Shown piece by piece: positions 29,776 through 38,659 of a stretch of DNA of 64,000 bases. Source of the DNA: Anaerolineales bacterium. GTDB taxonomy: Bacteria; Chloroflexota; Anaerolineae; Anaerolineales; Villigracilaceae. Numbering within the stretch: position 1 is the first letter of the stretch; the number at the start of each line of letters is the position of its first letter. The notes under the pieces were generated by a model that saw only the letters and a list, made by a program, of their open reading frames with translations, was not told the origin of the DNA and did no database searches. The stretch is taken from positions 20,985-84,984 of the forward strand of contig JANJTV010000065.1 in NCBI GenBank assembly GCA_024710905.1. The letters are read 5' to 3'. The position numbers were made by a program, and so were the translations under genes.

Positions 29776-30117
29776 ATGAACGAACCGATTCACGTAACCG
29801 ACGCGGCTTTTGAAAAGACCGTTTTGCAGTCCGCAACCCCGGTGGTGGTGGATTTCTGGGCCCCCTGGTGCGGGCCCTGCAAAGCCGTGGCGCCCATCCT
29901 CGACAAGCTGGCCAATGAATACGGTGAAAAGCTGGTCATTGCCAAAGTCAATACGGATGAAAATCCCGAGTGGGCCCAGAAATACGGCGTGCAGGGCATC
30001 CCGACCATGTTGTTTATTGCCAATGGCAAGGTCATCCACCGTCAGGTGGGCGCCTTGCCCGAGCGTATGCTCCGCGACACGGTCACACAGTTCCTTGAAG
30101 TAGCCAGCCAGAACTAA
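29776..30117 (+). CDS. trxA: thioredoxin
   Basis: VDFWAPWCGPCK and GIPTMLF. Confidence 0.92.
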   Translation: MNEPIHVTDAAFEKTVLQSATPVVVDFWAPWCGPCKAVAPILDKLANEYGEKLVIAKVNTDENPEWAQKYGVQGIPTMLFIANGKVIHRQVGALPERMLRDTVTQFLEVASQN

Positions 30118-30127
30118 GCCAGTCAAC

Positions 30128-30156
30128 AAAAACCCCGCGGCTTGCGGGGTTTTTGT
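30128..30156 (+). terminator. intrinsic terminator after trxA
   Basis: aaaaccccgc-ggctt-gcggggttttt. Confidence 0.75.
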
Positions 30157-30172
30157 TCCAGGAAGGATATTA

Positions 30173-30745
30173 ATGAAAAAACTGACCTTGCTCACCCTTG
30201 CCTTTGTTTTCCTGTTTACAGCCTGCGCCCCGGCCACCCCCACCCCAGAACCAATTGACGTGGAAGCCACCATTGCAGCAGCCGCCCAGGCCATGCTGGA
30301 AGGAACGCTGACAGCCATGCCAACGGCTACCCTGCCGCCAACAGAAACCCCAACACCAACGTTTACCCCGGAACCGAGCCAGACCCCGACAGCGACCTTT
30401 ACCGCCACGGCAACGATTACGAACACCCCCGAACCGTTCACCGGATCGCTTAGCTCCGGCGACTTGAGCAACCTGCCACACGGGGATATCCTGATCTTGA
30501 ACGAGACAGAAGATGCTGCCATTATCACCTTCCAGGGCGTCACCAGCCCCGGCGAGCGGGCGGTGTATTACTCCTGGCGGGTGGAAAAAGGCCAGCGTTT
30601 TGTGACCCGGATTCCATGGGGCAGCTACGACATTTTCGTCAACATCAGCGACAAGAAGATTCACACCAGCCGGGTGCGAATTTACAACTACGACAAGACT
30701 ACCTTCGTCATCCGCATGGACAAGTTCCTCGTCCAGGGTCCTTAA
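30173..30745 (+). CDS. lipoprotein with Pro/Thr-rich linker
   Basis: Lipobox LFTAC after a hydrophobic signal. TPTPEP...TETPTPTFTPEPSQTPTATFTATAT linker. The C-terminal domain is unknown. Confidence 0.6.
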   Translation: MKKLTLLTLAFVFLFTACAPATPTPEPIDVEATIAAAAQAMLEGTLTAMPTATLPPTETPTPTFTPEPSQTPTATFTATATITNTPEPFTGSLSSGDLSNLPHGDILILNETEDAAIITFQGVTSPGERAVYYSWRVEKGQRFVTRIPWGSYDIFVNISDKKIHTSRVRIYNYDKTTFVIRMDKFLVQGP

Positions 30746-30786
30746 CAAAAAACTGGCGCACAATTCCCTGTGCGCCAGTTTTTTGT
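30746..30786. terminator. bidirectional intrinsic terminator (lipoprotein / murA)
   Basis: aaaaaactggcgcac-loop-gtgcgccagtttttt. Confidence 0.7.
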
Positions 30787-30791
30787 TATAT

Positions 30792-32075
30792 TTATTGTTC
30801 CCGCATTCGTTCAATCCGCGCTCCCAGGGCGCGGAGTTTTTCATCCACCAGGGCATAACCCCTGTCAATCTGCCCGACATTCCGGATGGTGGAGGTGCCA
30901 TCGGCGGCCAGGGCCGCCAGCACCAGGGTCATCCCGGCGCGGATATCCGGGCTTTCCACCTTCTCACCATATAAACGGGTAGGACCGGTGACAATACAGC
31001 GGTGCGGGTCGCACAGCACAATCTGTGCACCCATGCTCACCAGTTTGTCGGTAAAAAACATGCGGCTGGGGTACATCCAATCATGAAACAAAACACTCCC
31101 GCGCGCCTGGGTGGCCACCGCAATAGCGATGCTCATCAGGTCGGTCGGGAAGGCCGGCCAGATATTGGTCTTAATTTCAGGGATGGCATTGCCCAAATCA
31201 GGCTCAATTTGCAGCCGCTGCTCGGCCGGGACAAAAATATCCTCGCCATCCTCCTGCCAGTCCACGCCAAGACGGTTGAACACAATACGGATCATGCGCA
31301 GGTATTGCGATCCGGCATTGCGGATGCGCACCGCCCCGCGGGTCACCGCCGCTGCACCAACAAAACTGATCACTTCCAGGTAATCCGAACCAATCGTAAA
31401 TTCGCCGCCATGCAGCGTCTCGACGCCATGGATCACCAGCGTGTTCGATCCAATCCCATCAATCTGCGCCCCCAATACAGTTAACATACGGCACAACTCT
31501 TGAACGTGCGGTTCAGAAGCGGCATTATGCAGGGTGGTGACACCTTTTGCCAGTACCGCCGCCATGATAGCGTTTTCGGTGCCGGTCACCGAGGCTTCGT
31601 CCAATAGGATATCTGCCCCGCGCAGGCCACTGGCCTTGAATTCAAAACTACGTTCATAATTCACTTCCGCGCCGAGCGCGCGTAACGCCAGGATGTGCGT
31701 ATCCACCCGGCGACGGCCTATCACATCCCCGCCTGGCGGAGGCAGCTTCAGCCCGCCCCAGCGCGCTGTGACCGGCCCCGCCAGCAGGATCGACGCCCGG
31801 ATGCGGCGACACAGGTCCGGGTCCAGGTCCGCCGGGCGCACCTGCTTGGCAGTCACCTGCCAGGTATCCGGCCCCAGATCTGCCACCTCCACGCCCAGGC
31901 TCTCTATCAACAGACGCATGTCCTTCACATCACGAATCTGCGGCACATTCCTCAACACAACCGGCTGATCGGTCAGCAGGCAGGCCACCAATATCGGCAG
32001 TGCCGCGTTCTTGTTCCCGCCGGGCGTCACTTCCCCTTTCAGCGGAACTCCGCCCTGGATGATAAATTTTTCCAT
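30792..32075 (-). CDS. murA: UDP-N-acetylglucosamine 1-carboxyvinyltransferase (Asp variant at the catalytic Cys position)
   Basis: GNKNAALPIL start, 427 aa. Loop LPPPGGDVIGRRRVDTH where E. coli has LPGGCTIGARPVDLH. Confidence 0.93.
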   Translation of the reverse strand: MEKFIIQGGVPLKGEVTPGGNKNAALPILVACLLTDQPVVLRNVPQIRDVKDMRLLIESLGVEVADLGPDTWQVTAKQVRPADLDPDLCRRIRASILLAGPVTARWGGLKLPPPGGDVIGRRRVDTHILALRALGAEVNYERSFEFKASGLRGADILLDEASVTGTENAIMAAVLAKGVTTLHNAASEPHVQELCRMLTVLGAQIDGIGSNTLVIHGVETLHGGEFTIGSDYLEVISFVGAAAVTRGAVRIRNAGSQYLRMIRIVFNRLGVDWQEDGEDIFVPAEQRLQIEPDLGNAIPEIKTNIWPAFPTDLMSIAIAVATQARGSVLFHDWMYPSRMFFTDKLVSMGAQIVLCDPHRCIVTGPTRLYGEKVESPDIRAGMTLVLAALAADGTSTIRNVGQIDRGYALVDEKLRALGARIERMREQ

Positions 32076-32199
32076 GACACCTCCATGAAATCGCGTTCAT
32101 TGTAAGGCATAACAGGCTGTTGGGCAAATCGCAGGCCAATTAGGCTACACGCTAGAGCACCTTACACTTTTTTAATGAAGTCACCTGTCTACTCATCCT

Positions 32200-32208
32200 T
32201 GTTATAAT
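32200..32208 (+). promoter_or_regulatory. extended -10 promoter (TGTTATAAT) placing +1 on the ATG of the prepilin peptidase gene
   Basis: The TATAAT hexamer is at 32203-32208. The ATG begins at 32215, exactly 7 nt after the hexamer. There is no SD between them. Confidence 0.45.
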
Positions 32209-32214
32209 GAAATT

Positions 32215-33003
32215 ATGGATTATTTTGTGCCTGTTGCAGCAGCCATAGGCTTGCTGGGTGGGGTCGTGATTAACCACCTGGCCGATGTCCTGCCGCACGA
32301 CAAGCCATTGCGCGCGCCGGTCTGCCAGAACAAGGATTGCCTGGATGTTTACACCTGGCAGCAATTTTTGCTGATGAAACCCTGCCCACATTGCGCCACC
32401 CGCCGCAGCGCCCGGAGCTGGCTCACCCCGCTCGTGCTGGCGGTTTTCGCCGTTTATCTCTGGCTAAAAGCGGATTCCGCACTTGTCTTTGGCATCGACA
32501 TGGTCCTGAGCCTCTACCTGGTCCTGGTCGCGTTAATCGACCTCGAGCACCGCCTGGTCTTGCGCGTGCTCAGCATCCCGGGCCTGTTCCTGTGCGTCGC
32601 AGCCGGAATCTGGGCGCACGGCTGGCAGGCCAGCCTGCTGGGCGGATTGGGCGGTTTTGGCATCATGATGGCATTTTACCTGCTGGGCGTACTGTTCACC
32701 AAAATCCGCGCCCGGCGTCTGGGCAGCGAGAACGACGATGGCGAGGAAGCCCTGGGCTCAGGGGATGTTACCCTGGCGACGTTGCTTGGCCTGCTGCTGG
32801 GTTGGCCGCTGATCTGGTTCAACCTGCTGATGGGCATCCTGTTCGCGGGCGTGGTTAGCTTGCTGATTATTGGCATACTTTTACTACAACGCAAATACCT
32901 CCAGCAGGCCATGATGGTCTTTATCCCGTTTGGGCCATTTTTCATTGCCAGCGCATTCCTGTTGCTGCACTTCCCCGGCTGGATCAAGGCTGTCTTGTCT
33001 TGA
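32215..33003 (+). CDS. A24-family prepilin (type IV / Flp) peptidase
   Basis: Polytopic membrane protein with a Cys-rich loop CQNKDC...CPHCATRRS. Two Asp motifs are present: LIDLEHRLV and ALGSGDVTLATLLG. Confidence 0.8.
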   Translation: MDYFVPVAAAIGLLGGVVINHLADVLPHDKPLRAPVCQNKDCLDVYTWQQFLLMKPCPHCATRRSARSWLTPLVLAVFAVYLWLKADSALVFGIDMVLSLYLVLVALIDLEHRLVLRVLSIPGLFLCVAAGIWAHGWQASLLGGLGGFGIMMAFYLLGVLFTKIRARRLGSENDDGEEALGSGDVTLATLLGLLLGWPLIWFNLLMGILFAGVVSLLIIGILLLQRKYLQQAMMVFIPFGPFFIASAFLLLHFPGWIKAVLS

Positions 33004-33082
33004 TGTAGGAATGTTGTGGGATTAATATTTTAAGAAAAGCATTCTATACTTATAATCGTTTCATTATTTTCGGGAGTGACTT

Positions 33083-34483
33083 ATGTTTTTGGAAAACAAG
33101 GATAAAAAGCAGGGAGGCCAATCGGCGGTTGAGTTCGCACTCATCCTGCCTGTTTTGCTGCTGCTCATCTATGGCCTGCTCGAAATGGGACGCCTGGTCT
33201 TTATTTTCAGCATCGTCACCACCGCCAGCCGCGAAGGCGCGCGCTATGGCGCCGCCACGGGCCTGAATGTGGCCGGCGGCATCCCTCGCTACCAGGACTG
33301 CGCGGGCATCATGGCCGCCATCGAGAACGTGGACTTTATCAACGTGATCGACCCGGCAGATGTAACCATTTCGTACGACACCGGACCGGATGCCGCCAGT
33401 GACTTCTCCGCCTGCCCGCCGACCAACATCAATACCGGGGACCGCATCAAAATTACAATTTCTTCCCCGTTTGCCCCGATTGTGCCGCTGGTCCCGCTGG
33501 CGGCCTTTGATATTGAATCGACCACCAATCGCACGCTGCTCTCCACCATCGTGATTCCCGAAGGATCTGCCGTCGCGCCAGCCACCGCCCTGCCCACGAC
33601 CACCCCGACGGCCTCCATCACCCCGACAGCAACTGAAACCTCGCTGTATTCACCGACCCCCAGCGACACGCCGACCATCACAACGACACCAACCATCACC
33701 GCCACGCCCACCACGACCTCCACCCCCACCCCCACCGGGACCGCCACCGCCACCGCCACCCCGACCGGTACGCCGTTCTCCTGCAGCATCACCCACAATG
33801 GCAGCCTGGCAAACGGCAGTTCGGCCACCTGGACGATGTACAACAGCCACCCATTCAACATCGACGCATCCTACTTTTCCTTTGACTGGAATGGCAACGA
33901 TGTATTAACCAACCTGACACTGAATGGAAGTCAAATCTACGACCGCAATTCAGCGGCGGTACTGATTACCAAGAACACCCTCTATAACGGCCCCTGGACC
34001 CTCAGCCCCGGTGCAAATACCCTGACCATCACCTGGAACGGAAGCGTCAGCAGCCCTGAAGCGGAGGCCTTCTTTAATTACCTCTCCTGCACCTTTACCC
34101 TGTCCTCAGGCAACTCCGGGCAGGCTCGTACACCCACTCCAGGGGCAGCAACTGCGACCAACACACCATCCGGGCCAACAGCCACCTTCACACCGACGCA
34201 CACTCCTGGTGGCGCGACGAATACCCCCACGGCCACCGCCTGTACTATTGGCCTGAGCGGTTCGCGCACCGGCAGCAATGTCAACCTGAACTGGACCAGC
34301 GCCGCCGGCGCAACCAGTTACCAGGTCTGGCGCTCGATTGATGCAGGCGCCTTCAACCTGCTCAAGACCGTGACCGGTACAAACACCACAGACACAATCC
34401 CGAGCAATACCACCCACCAGTATTACATTGTTCCGGTCGGTGGGACGTGTACCCAGAGCAATACGATCGTGATCATTCGTTAA
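33083..34483 (+). CDS. TadE-like pseudopilin with a ~330-aa C-terminal extension
   Basis: The N-terminus KKQGGQSAVEFALILPVLLLLIYGLLEMGRLVF is a TadE-type class-III signal. Two Pro/Thr-rich linkers flank beta-rich modules. The last module (NLNWTSAAGATSYQVWRS) is Fn3-like. Confidence 0.7.
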   Translation: MFLENKDKKQGGQSAVEFALILPVLLLLIYGLLEMGRLVFIFSIVTTASREGARYGAATGLNVAGGIPRYQDCAGIMAAIENVDFINVIDPADVTISYDTGPDAASDFSACPPTNINTGDRIKITISSPFAPIVPLVPLAAFDIESTTNRTLLSTIVIPEGSAVAPATALPTTTPTASITPTATETSLYSPTPSDTPTITTTPTITATPTTTSTPTPTGTATATATPTGTPFSCSITHNGSLANGSSATWTMYNSHPFNIDASYFSFDWNGNDVLTNLTLNGSQIYDRNSAAVLITKNTLYNGPWTLSPGANTLTITWNGSVSSPEAEAFFNYLSCTFTLSSGNSGQARTPTPGAATATNTPSGPTATFTPTHTPGGATNTPTATACTIGLSGSRTGSNVNLNWTSAAGATSYQVWRSIDAGAFNLLKTVTGTNTTDTIPSNTTHQYYIVPVGGTCTQSNTIVIIR

Positions 34484-34495
34484 GGATGCCAGGAT

Positions 34496-34927
34496 ATGGT
34501 ATTGAATAAGAACAAGTCAAACAAACAAAAAGGACAGAGCCTGGTCGAAATGGCCATCATGCTGCCGATCATGCTGATCTTGCTGGCAGGGTTGATCGAC
34601 TTCGGCCTGGCGTTCTTCTCATTCATTTCCCTGCGCGACGCTGCATCCGAAGGCACGACCTATGGCGCCATTGACGCCAGCAACACAGCCGGGATCATCC
34701 AGCGCGTGAGAACCTCTTCGACTGCGCCGGTGGACCTCTCCGACACGACCAACGTCACGGTGACCGTCACCACGGATGGCACTCCCTGCGCCGGGGAAGC
34801 CATCACCGTCACCATCGTTTACGACTACCCGATCATCACCCCCATGATTGGTGCGTTCATTGGTGGACAGACCATCCCCATTACCGCCAGTGTTACGGGC
34901 ACAGTCCTAACTCCCGCTTGCCCCTAA
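34496..34927 (+). CDS. TadE-like pseudopilin
   Basis: KQKGQSLVEMAIMLPIMLILLAGLIDFGLAFF; 143 aa. Confidence 0.75.
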   Translation: MVLNKNKSNKQKGQSLVEMAIMLPIMLILLAGLIDFGLAFFSFISLRDAASEGTTYGAIDASNTAGIIQRVRTSSTAPVDLSDTTNVTVTVTTDGTPCAGEAITVTIVYDYPIITPMIGAFIGGQTIPITASVTGTVLTPACP

Positions 34928-34944
34928 GGAGGCAGAGAAAGACC

Positions 34945-36195
34945 ATGAAACACTTTTTTTCACAAAAACAACGCGGTCAGGCGCTTGTCCTGATTACCCT
35001 GACCATCATAGGTACGCTGGGGCTGGCTGCCCTGGCACTGGATGGCGGGAATGCCTTCTCGCGCCGCCGCCATGCCCAGGGCTCTGCCGACCAGGCCGCC
35101 CTCGCCGCCGCCCTGGCTCGTGTAAAAGGTTTCGATTGGCAGGGTGCAGCCTATGAGCGCGCCAACGATAACGGGTTTCCTTCCACGATGGTCACCCTGC
35201 ACAACCCACCCATCAGCGGGCCTTATGCCGGGAACAATGAGTACATCCAGGTCTTTATTGACGAAACCATCGAAACCTGGTTTGCACCCATCCTGGGCGT
35301 GGAAACAGTCGACTACCGGGTGGAGTCAGTAGCCCGCGGACGTCCATCCTATATCACCCCCTTTTACGACGGCAATGCCATGGTGGCCTTGAATCCATCG
35401 GCCTGTAAAGCATTCGAATTTTCCGGCAGCGGGACAACCTATCTGGTCGATGAAAATGGCATTCCCTTTTCGGGCATCTTTGTAAACTCCAATTGCGCCA
35501 ACGCCATCGGCAACCCGCAGCAAGCCTTTTACCAGGGCGGCAACAGTGAAGTGACCGCCGAGCACATCCGTGTGGTGGGCGGCGCTTATTTTGACATCCT
35601 TGACCTGAACCTTACCGATGGGCTGGCGACGGGAGTGCCCCCGTATGATGACATCCAGAGCCTGTATGAACTGCCGGATATCAATAACTGCGGTTCTGCC
35701 GGGTATGTTGACCCGGTGGACAACACCATTGCCTGGCCTGGCCGCTACGACAGCTCCTTCCCACCCAACGGGGTGGAAACCCTCATGCCGGGGATTTACT
35801 GCCTGACCGACGGCATGGACATCCAGCAAGACATAACCGGTACGGATGTCGTCTTCCAGATCGTTTCCGGTGGTGTCACAATGAACGGTAATGCCGACAT
35901 CAGCCTGACCGGTCGCCAGATTGCCGGGCATGTTGGTAGATTGTTGATCTACCTGGCGCCTCCCAACGGCGACACGGTTCGCATCAACGGTTCTAGCGAC
36001 TCCAGCTTCACTGGAACAGTATTGGCGCCAAAAGCGCACTGCCAGTTGAACGGTACCGGCAATGGGGACGGCTTTAACTCTCAGATTATCTGTGACACCA
36101 TCGACGTCACAGGCACAGCCGATCTTGAATTGACTTATGATGCCAGCGAAAACTACCAGCCATTGGTGCCTGCCACCGTGGAGTTGACCCAGTAA
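34945..36195 (+). CDS. TadG-like (Tad_N) pilus-associated protein
   Basis: ATG 34945 follows an AAGGAGG RBS. The N-terminus QKQRGQALVLITLTIIGTLGLAALALDGGNAF...AQGSADQAALAAA matches the Tad_N type. Confidence 0.7.
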   Translation: MKHFFSQKQRGQALVLITLTIIGTLGLAALALDGGNAFSRRRHAQGSADQAALAAALARVKGFDWQGAAYERANDNGFPSTMVTLHNPPISGPYAGNNEYIQVFIDETIETWFAPILGVETVDYRVESVARGRPSYITPFYDGNAMVALNPSACKAFEFSGSGTTYLVDENGIPFSGIFVNSNCANAIGNPQQAFYQGGNSEVTAEHIRVVGGAYFDILDLNLTDGLATGVPPYDDIQSLYELPDINNCGSAGYVDPVDNTIAWPGRYDSSFPPNGVETLMPGIYCLTDGMDIQQDITGTDVVFQIVSGGVTMNGNADISLTGRQIAGHVGRLLIYLAPPNGDTVRINGSSDSSFTGTVLAPKAHCQLNGTGNGDGFNSQIICDTIDVTGTADLELTYDASENYQPLVPATVELTQ

Positions 36196-36217
36196 AAAAC
36201 CAAGGTTATGTGATACA

Positions 36218-36251
36218 AGAGCCAGCGGGTTTGCAAACCCGCTGGCTCTTT
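36218..36251 (+). terminator. intrinsic terminator after the TadG-like gene
   Basis: 13-bp stem agagccagcgggt-ttgcaa-acccgctggctct followed by tt. Confidence 0.7.
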
Positions 36252-36327
36252 CGCTGCTCAAATTGGCGGTATAATTCGGCCACTTGCCAAATATAAGGAG
36301 GTGCAACGACAACTTCGTTCCAGGGAA

Positions 36328-36520
36328 AGCAGCGCATGGCCCTGCTGGCTTGATCGCAGGGTGACGAGGAAGAGGGTTCCCGGTCGCAAGGCCGGGTAAA
36401 ATCGACAGATCAGCGGAAGCCCTCCGGGCGCGCACTCGCCCGACATCTTTCCCTCCAGGTCACAATCCCAACACAAGGCTGGCTGGTGACAGCACAGACA
36501 AAATTTGGGAATGGCGCAAT
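36328..36520 (+). ncRNA. glmS ribozyme: probable glmS ribozyme (GlcN6P-responsive), boundaries approximate
   Basis: Lies in the 398-nt gap 5' of glmS. AGCGC is followed by a P1 hairpin CCCUGC...GCAGGG. Then come UGACGAGGAAGAGGGUU, AUCGA, and CAGCGGAAGCCCUCCGGG (compare the CGGCGGAUGCCUCCCGG core in Bacillus/Thermoanaerobacter). Downstream is AAGGCUGGCUGGUGAC. Judged from memory of the consensus only. Confidence 0.65.
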
Positions 36521-36593
36521 AGAAAGCGGCTGGCTGCCCGGCAAAAGACCGGGGCGGCCTGCTCCGCACCCTTAACTTCTGGAGGAACCCAAC

Positions 36594-38435
36594 ATGTGTG
36601 GAATTGTAGGATACATTGGCCCGCGTGATGCGACGCCAATCATATTGAACGGCCTGAAACGGCTGGAATATCGCGGCTACGACTCAGCCGGGGTGGCCGT
36701 GTTGCAGGACGGCAGGATCGAAGTCCGGCGGGATGCCGGGAAATTGCAGAACCTGGCCGACCTTGTGAATCGCGAGCCAATCAACGGCGCGCCTGGCATC
36801 GGGCACACCCGCTGGGCCACCCACGGCGCACCCAGCGCCCGGAATGCCCATCCGCACCTCGGTACCACCGGGGAAGTCGTGGTGGTGCACAACGGCATTG
36901 TCGAAAACTACCTCGACATCAAAGATGAACTGAGTGCCGAGGGAATTGAATTCAAATCGGATACTGATACAGAAACGATCGTCCACCTGGTGGAACGGCA
37001 CCAATCCACCGGGCTGGACCTGACCGAGGCTGCCCGCAAGACCTTCCAGCAAATCCAGGGGGCGCACGGGATTGTGCTCATTTCGGCCCACGAACCAGAC
37101 AAAATGGTTTGCGCCCGCATCGGCAATGCCGGGGGCGTGGTCATCGGCCTGGGAGATGGTGAAAATTTCATCGCCAGCGACATCCCGGCCATCCTAGAAC
37201 ATACCCGCCGGGTGATTTTCCTTGAATCACACCAGATGGCCATCATCACAAAAGACAAGGTCGTCGTGCAAACCCTGGACGGGAAAGCCCTGCAGCCAGA
37301 GATTCACACCGTTTCGTGGGACCCGGTGGCGGCTGAGAAGGGTGAATTCCGCCACTTCATGCAGAAGGAGATCCACGAGCAGGTGCGCGCGCTGACCGAC
37401 ACCCTGGCTGGCCGTATCGATTTTGAAAATGGCCGCATCCGCCTGCCGGAGCTCAACCTGACCCCTGAGCTGGCAAAACGCATTCAGAAAATTTATATCA
37501 CCGCCTGTGGCACAGCCGCCTATGCCGGGATGGTGGGAAAATACCTGATTGAAAAAATTGCCCGCGTGCCGGTCGAGGTGGTGATTGGCTCTGAGTTCCG
37601 TTACAGTGACCCGATCGTCGACGAAAACACGGTGGTACTGGCCATCAGCCAGTCCGGTGAAACAGCTGATACCTTGGCCGCAATGGAAGAAGGCCGTCGT
37701 AAAGGCGCAGTGATCTGGAGCATTGTGAATGCGATTGGTTCACAGGGCATGCGCGTGGCGGATGGGTACATCTCGATGCAGACCGGGCCGGAAATTGGCG
37801 TGGCTTCGACCAAGGCCTTCACCGCCCCGTTGGTGAACCAGTATATGCTGGCCGTGCTGCTGGCCGATATGCGCGGCGTAATCGATGAGAAAACCCGCAA
37901 GCAGTTGGTGGCAGACCTGCGCCTGGTACCCGACCTGGCCAGCCAGGCCCTGAACACCGAACCGGAGGTCGAAAAGATCGCCATGTCGTTGAAGGACATC
38001 CGCGACTGCCTGTACCTGGGGCGCGGGATTAACATGCCGATTGCCTATGAAGGCGCGCTGAAACTCAAGGAAATTTCATATATCCACGCCGAGGGATACC
38101 CGGCCGGGGAAATGAAACATGGCCCGATTGCCCTGATCGACGAAAACATGCCGGTCATTTGCCTGGCGCCAAAAGACCCATGGCACGAGAAGATGATCAG
38201 CCAGATCCAGCAGGCCAAGGCACGAGGCGGGACAGTGGTAGCAATTGCCACTGAAGGTGACGAGCTGGTGAACGGCATGGCCGATCACATTATCCGCGTG
38301 CCGCAATGCCCATGGATGCTCAGCCCGATTGTCACGGTCATCCCGTTGCAAATGCTGGCCTATCATATTGCCGCCCTGCGCGGCCTGGATGTCGACCAGC
38401 CCAGGAATCTGGCTAAGAGCGTCACAGTAGAGTAG
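36594..38435 (+). CDS. glmS: glutamine--fructose-6-phosphate aminotransferase
   Basis: MCGIVGYIG N-terminal nucleophile, SQSGETADT, and a C-terminus ending SVTVE. Confidence 0.97.
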   Translation: MCGIVGYIGPRDATPIILNGLKRLEYRGYDSAGVAVLQDGRIEVRRDAGKLQNLADLVNREPINGAPGIGHTRWATHGAPSARNAHPHLGTTGEVVVVHNGIVENYLDIKDELSAEGIEFKSDTDTETIVHLVERHQSTGLDLTEAARKTFQQIQGAHGIVLISAHEPDKMVCARIGNAGGVVIGLGDGENFIASDIPAILEHTRRVIFLESHQMAIITKDKVVVQTLDGKALQPEIHTVSWDPVAAEKGEFRHFMQKEIHEQVRALTDTLAGRIDFENGRIRLPELNLTPELAKRIQKIYITACGTAAYAGMVGKYLIEKIARVPVEVVIGSEFRYSDPIVDENTVVLAISQSGETADTLAAMEEGRRKGAVIWSIVNAIGSQGMRVADGYISMQTGPEIGVASTKAFTAPLVNQYMLAVLLADMRGVIDEKTRKQLVADLRLVPDLASQALNTEPEVEKIAMSLKDIRDCLYLGRGINMPIAYEGALKLKEISYIHAEGYPAGEMKHGPIALIDENMPVICLAPKDPWHEKMISQIQQAKARGGTVVAIATEGDELVNGMADHIIRVPQCPWMLSPIVTVIPLQMLAYHIAALRGLDVDQPRNLAKSVTVE

Positions 38436-38453
38436 TAACAATAATATTAAAAC

Positions 38454-38488
38454 AGAGGGTCTCCTCCGAGTTCAAGAGGAGACCCTCT
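38454..38488 (+). terminator. intrinsic terminator after glmS
   Basis: 13-bp stem agagggtctcctc-loop-gaggagaccctct. Confidence 0.65.
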
Positions 38489-38659
38489 TGATTCAGGGCG
38501 CACAATTGCCGTAGCCCTGACCCATCGGGAGAAGCAACAGGGATTTGCATAACAAAATTGCAAGCAGCCTAGTCAAGTTTTCCCGATATGCGAATAAAAC
38601 CCTCCTTTGTAGAATGAAAACATCTTATTTGTTTTCCTTTTCATGCAAAGGAGTCATTT

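Noticed and set aside
29761-30901. ORFs of 260 aa and 243 aa on the - strand.
   Set aside because: They overlap thioredoxin, two hairpin terminators and the PT-rich lipoprotein gene in antisense. Their repetitive G/V runs merely mirror the Pro/Thr codons.
33590-33790. Repetitive ACC/CCN/ACG DNA, also seen at 30230-30430 and 34120-34230, which could be mistaken for tandem repeats or a CRISPR-like array.
   Set aside because: It is in-frame coding for Thr/Pro-rich linkers. It lacks the regular repeat-spacer periodicity or conserved repeat unit of a CRISPR array.
35326-36569. ORFs of 369 aa and 103 aa on the - strand.
   Set aside because: The first is antisense to the TadG-like gene. Both run across the terminator hairpin and the glmS ribozyme region, which is better explained as a structured RNA leader.
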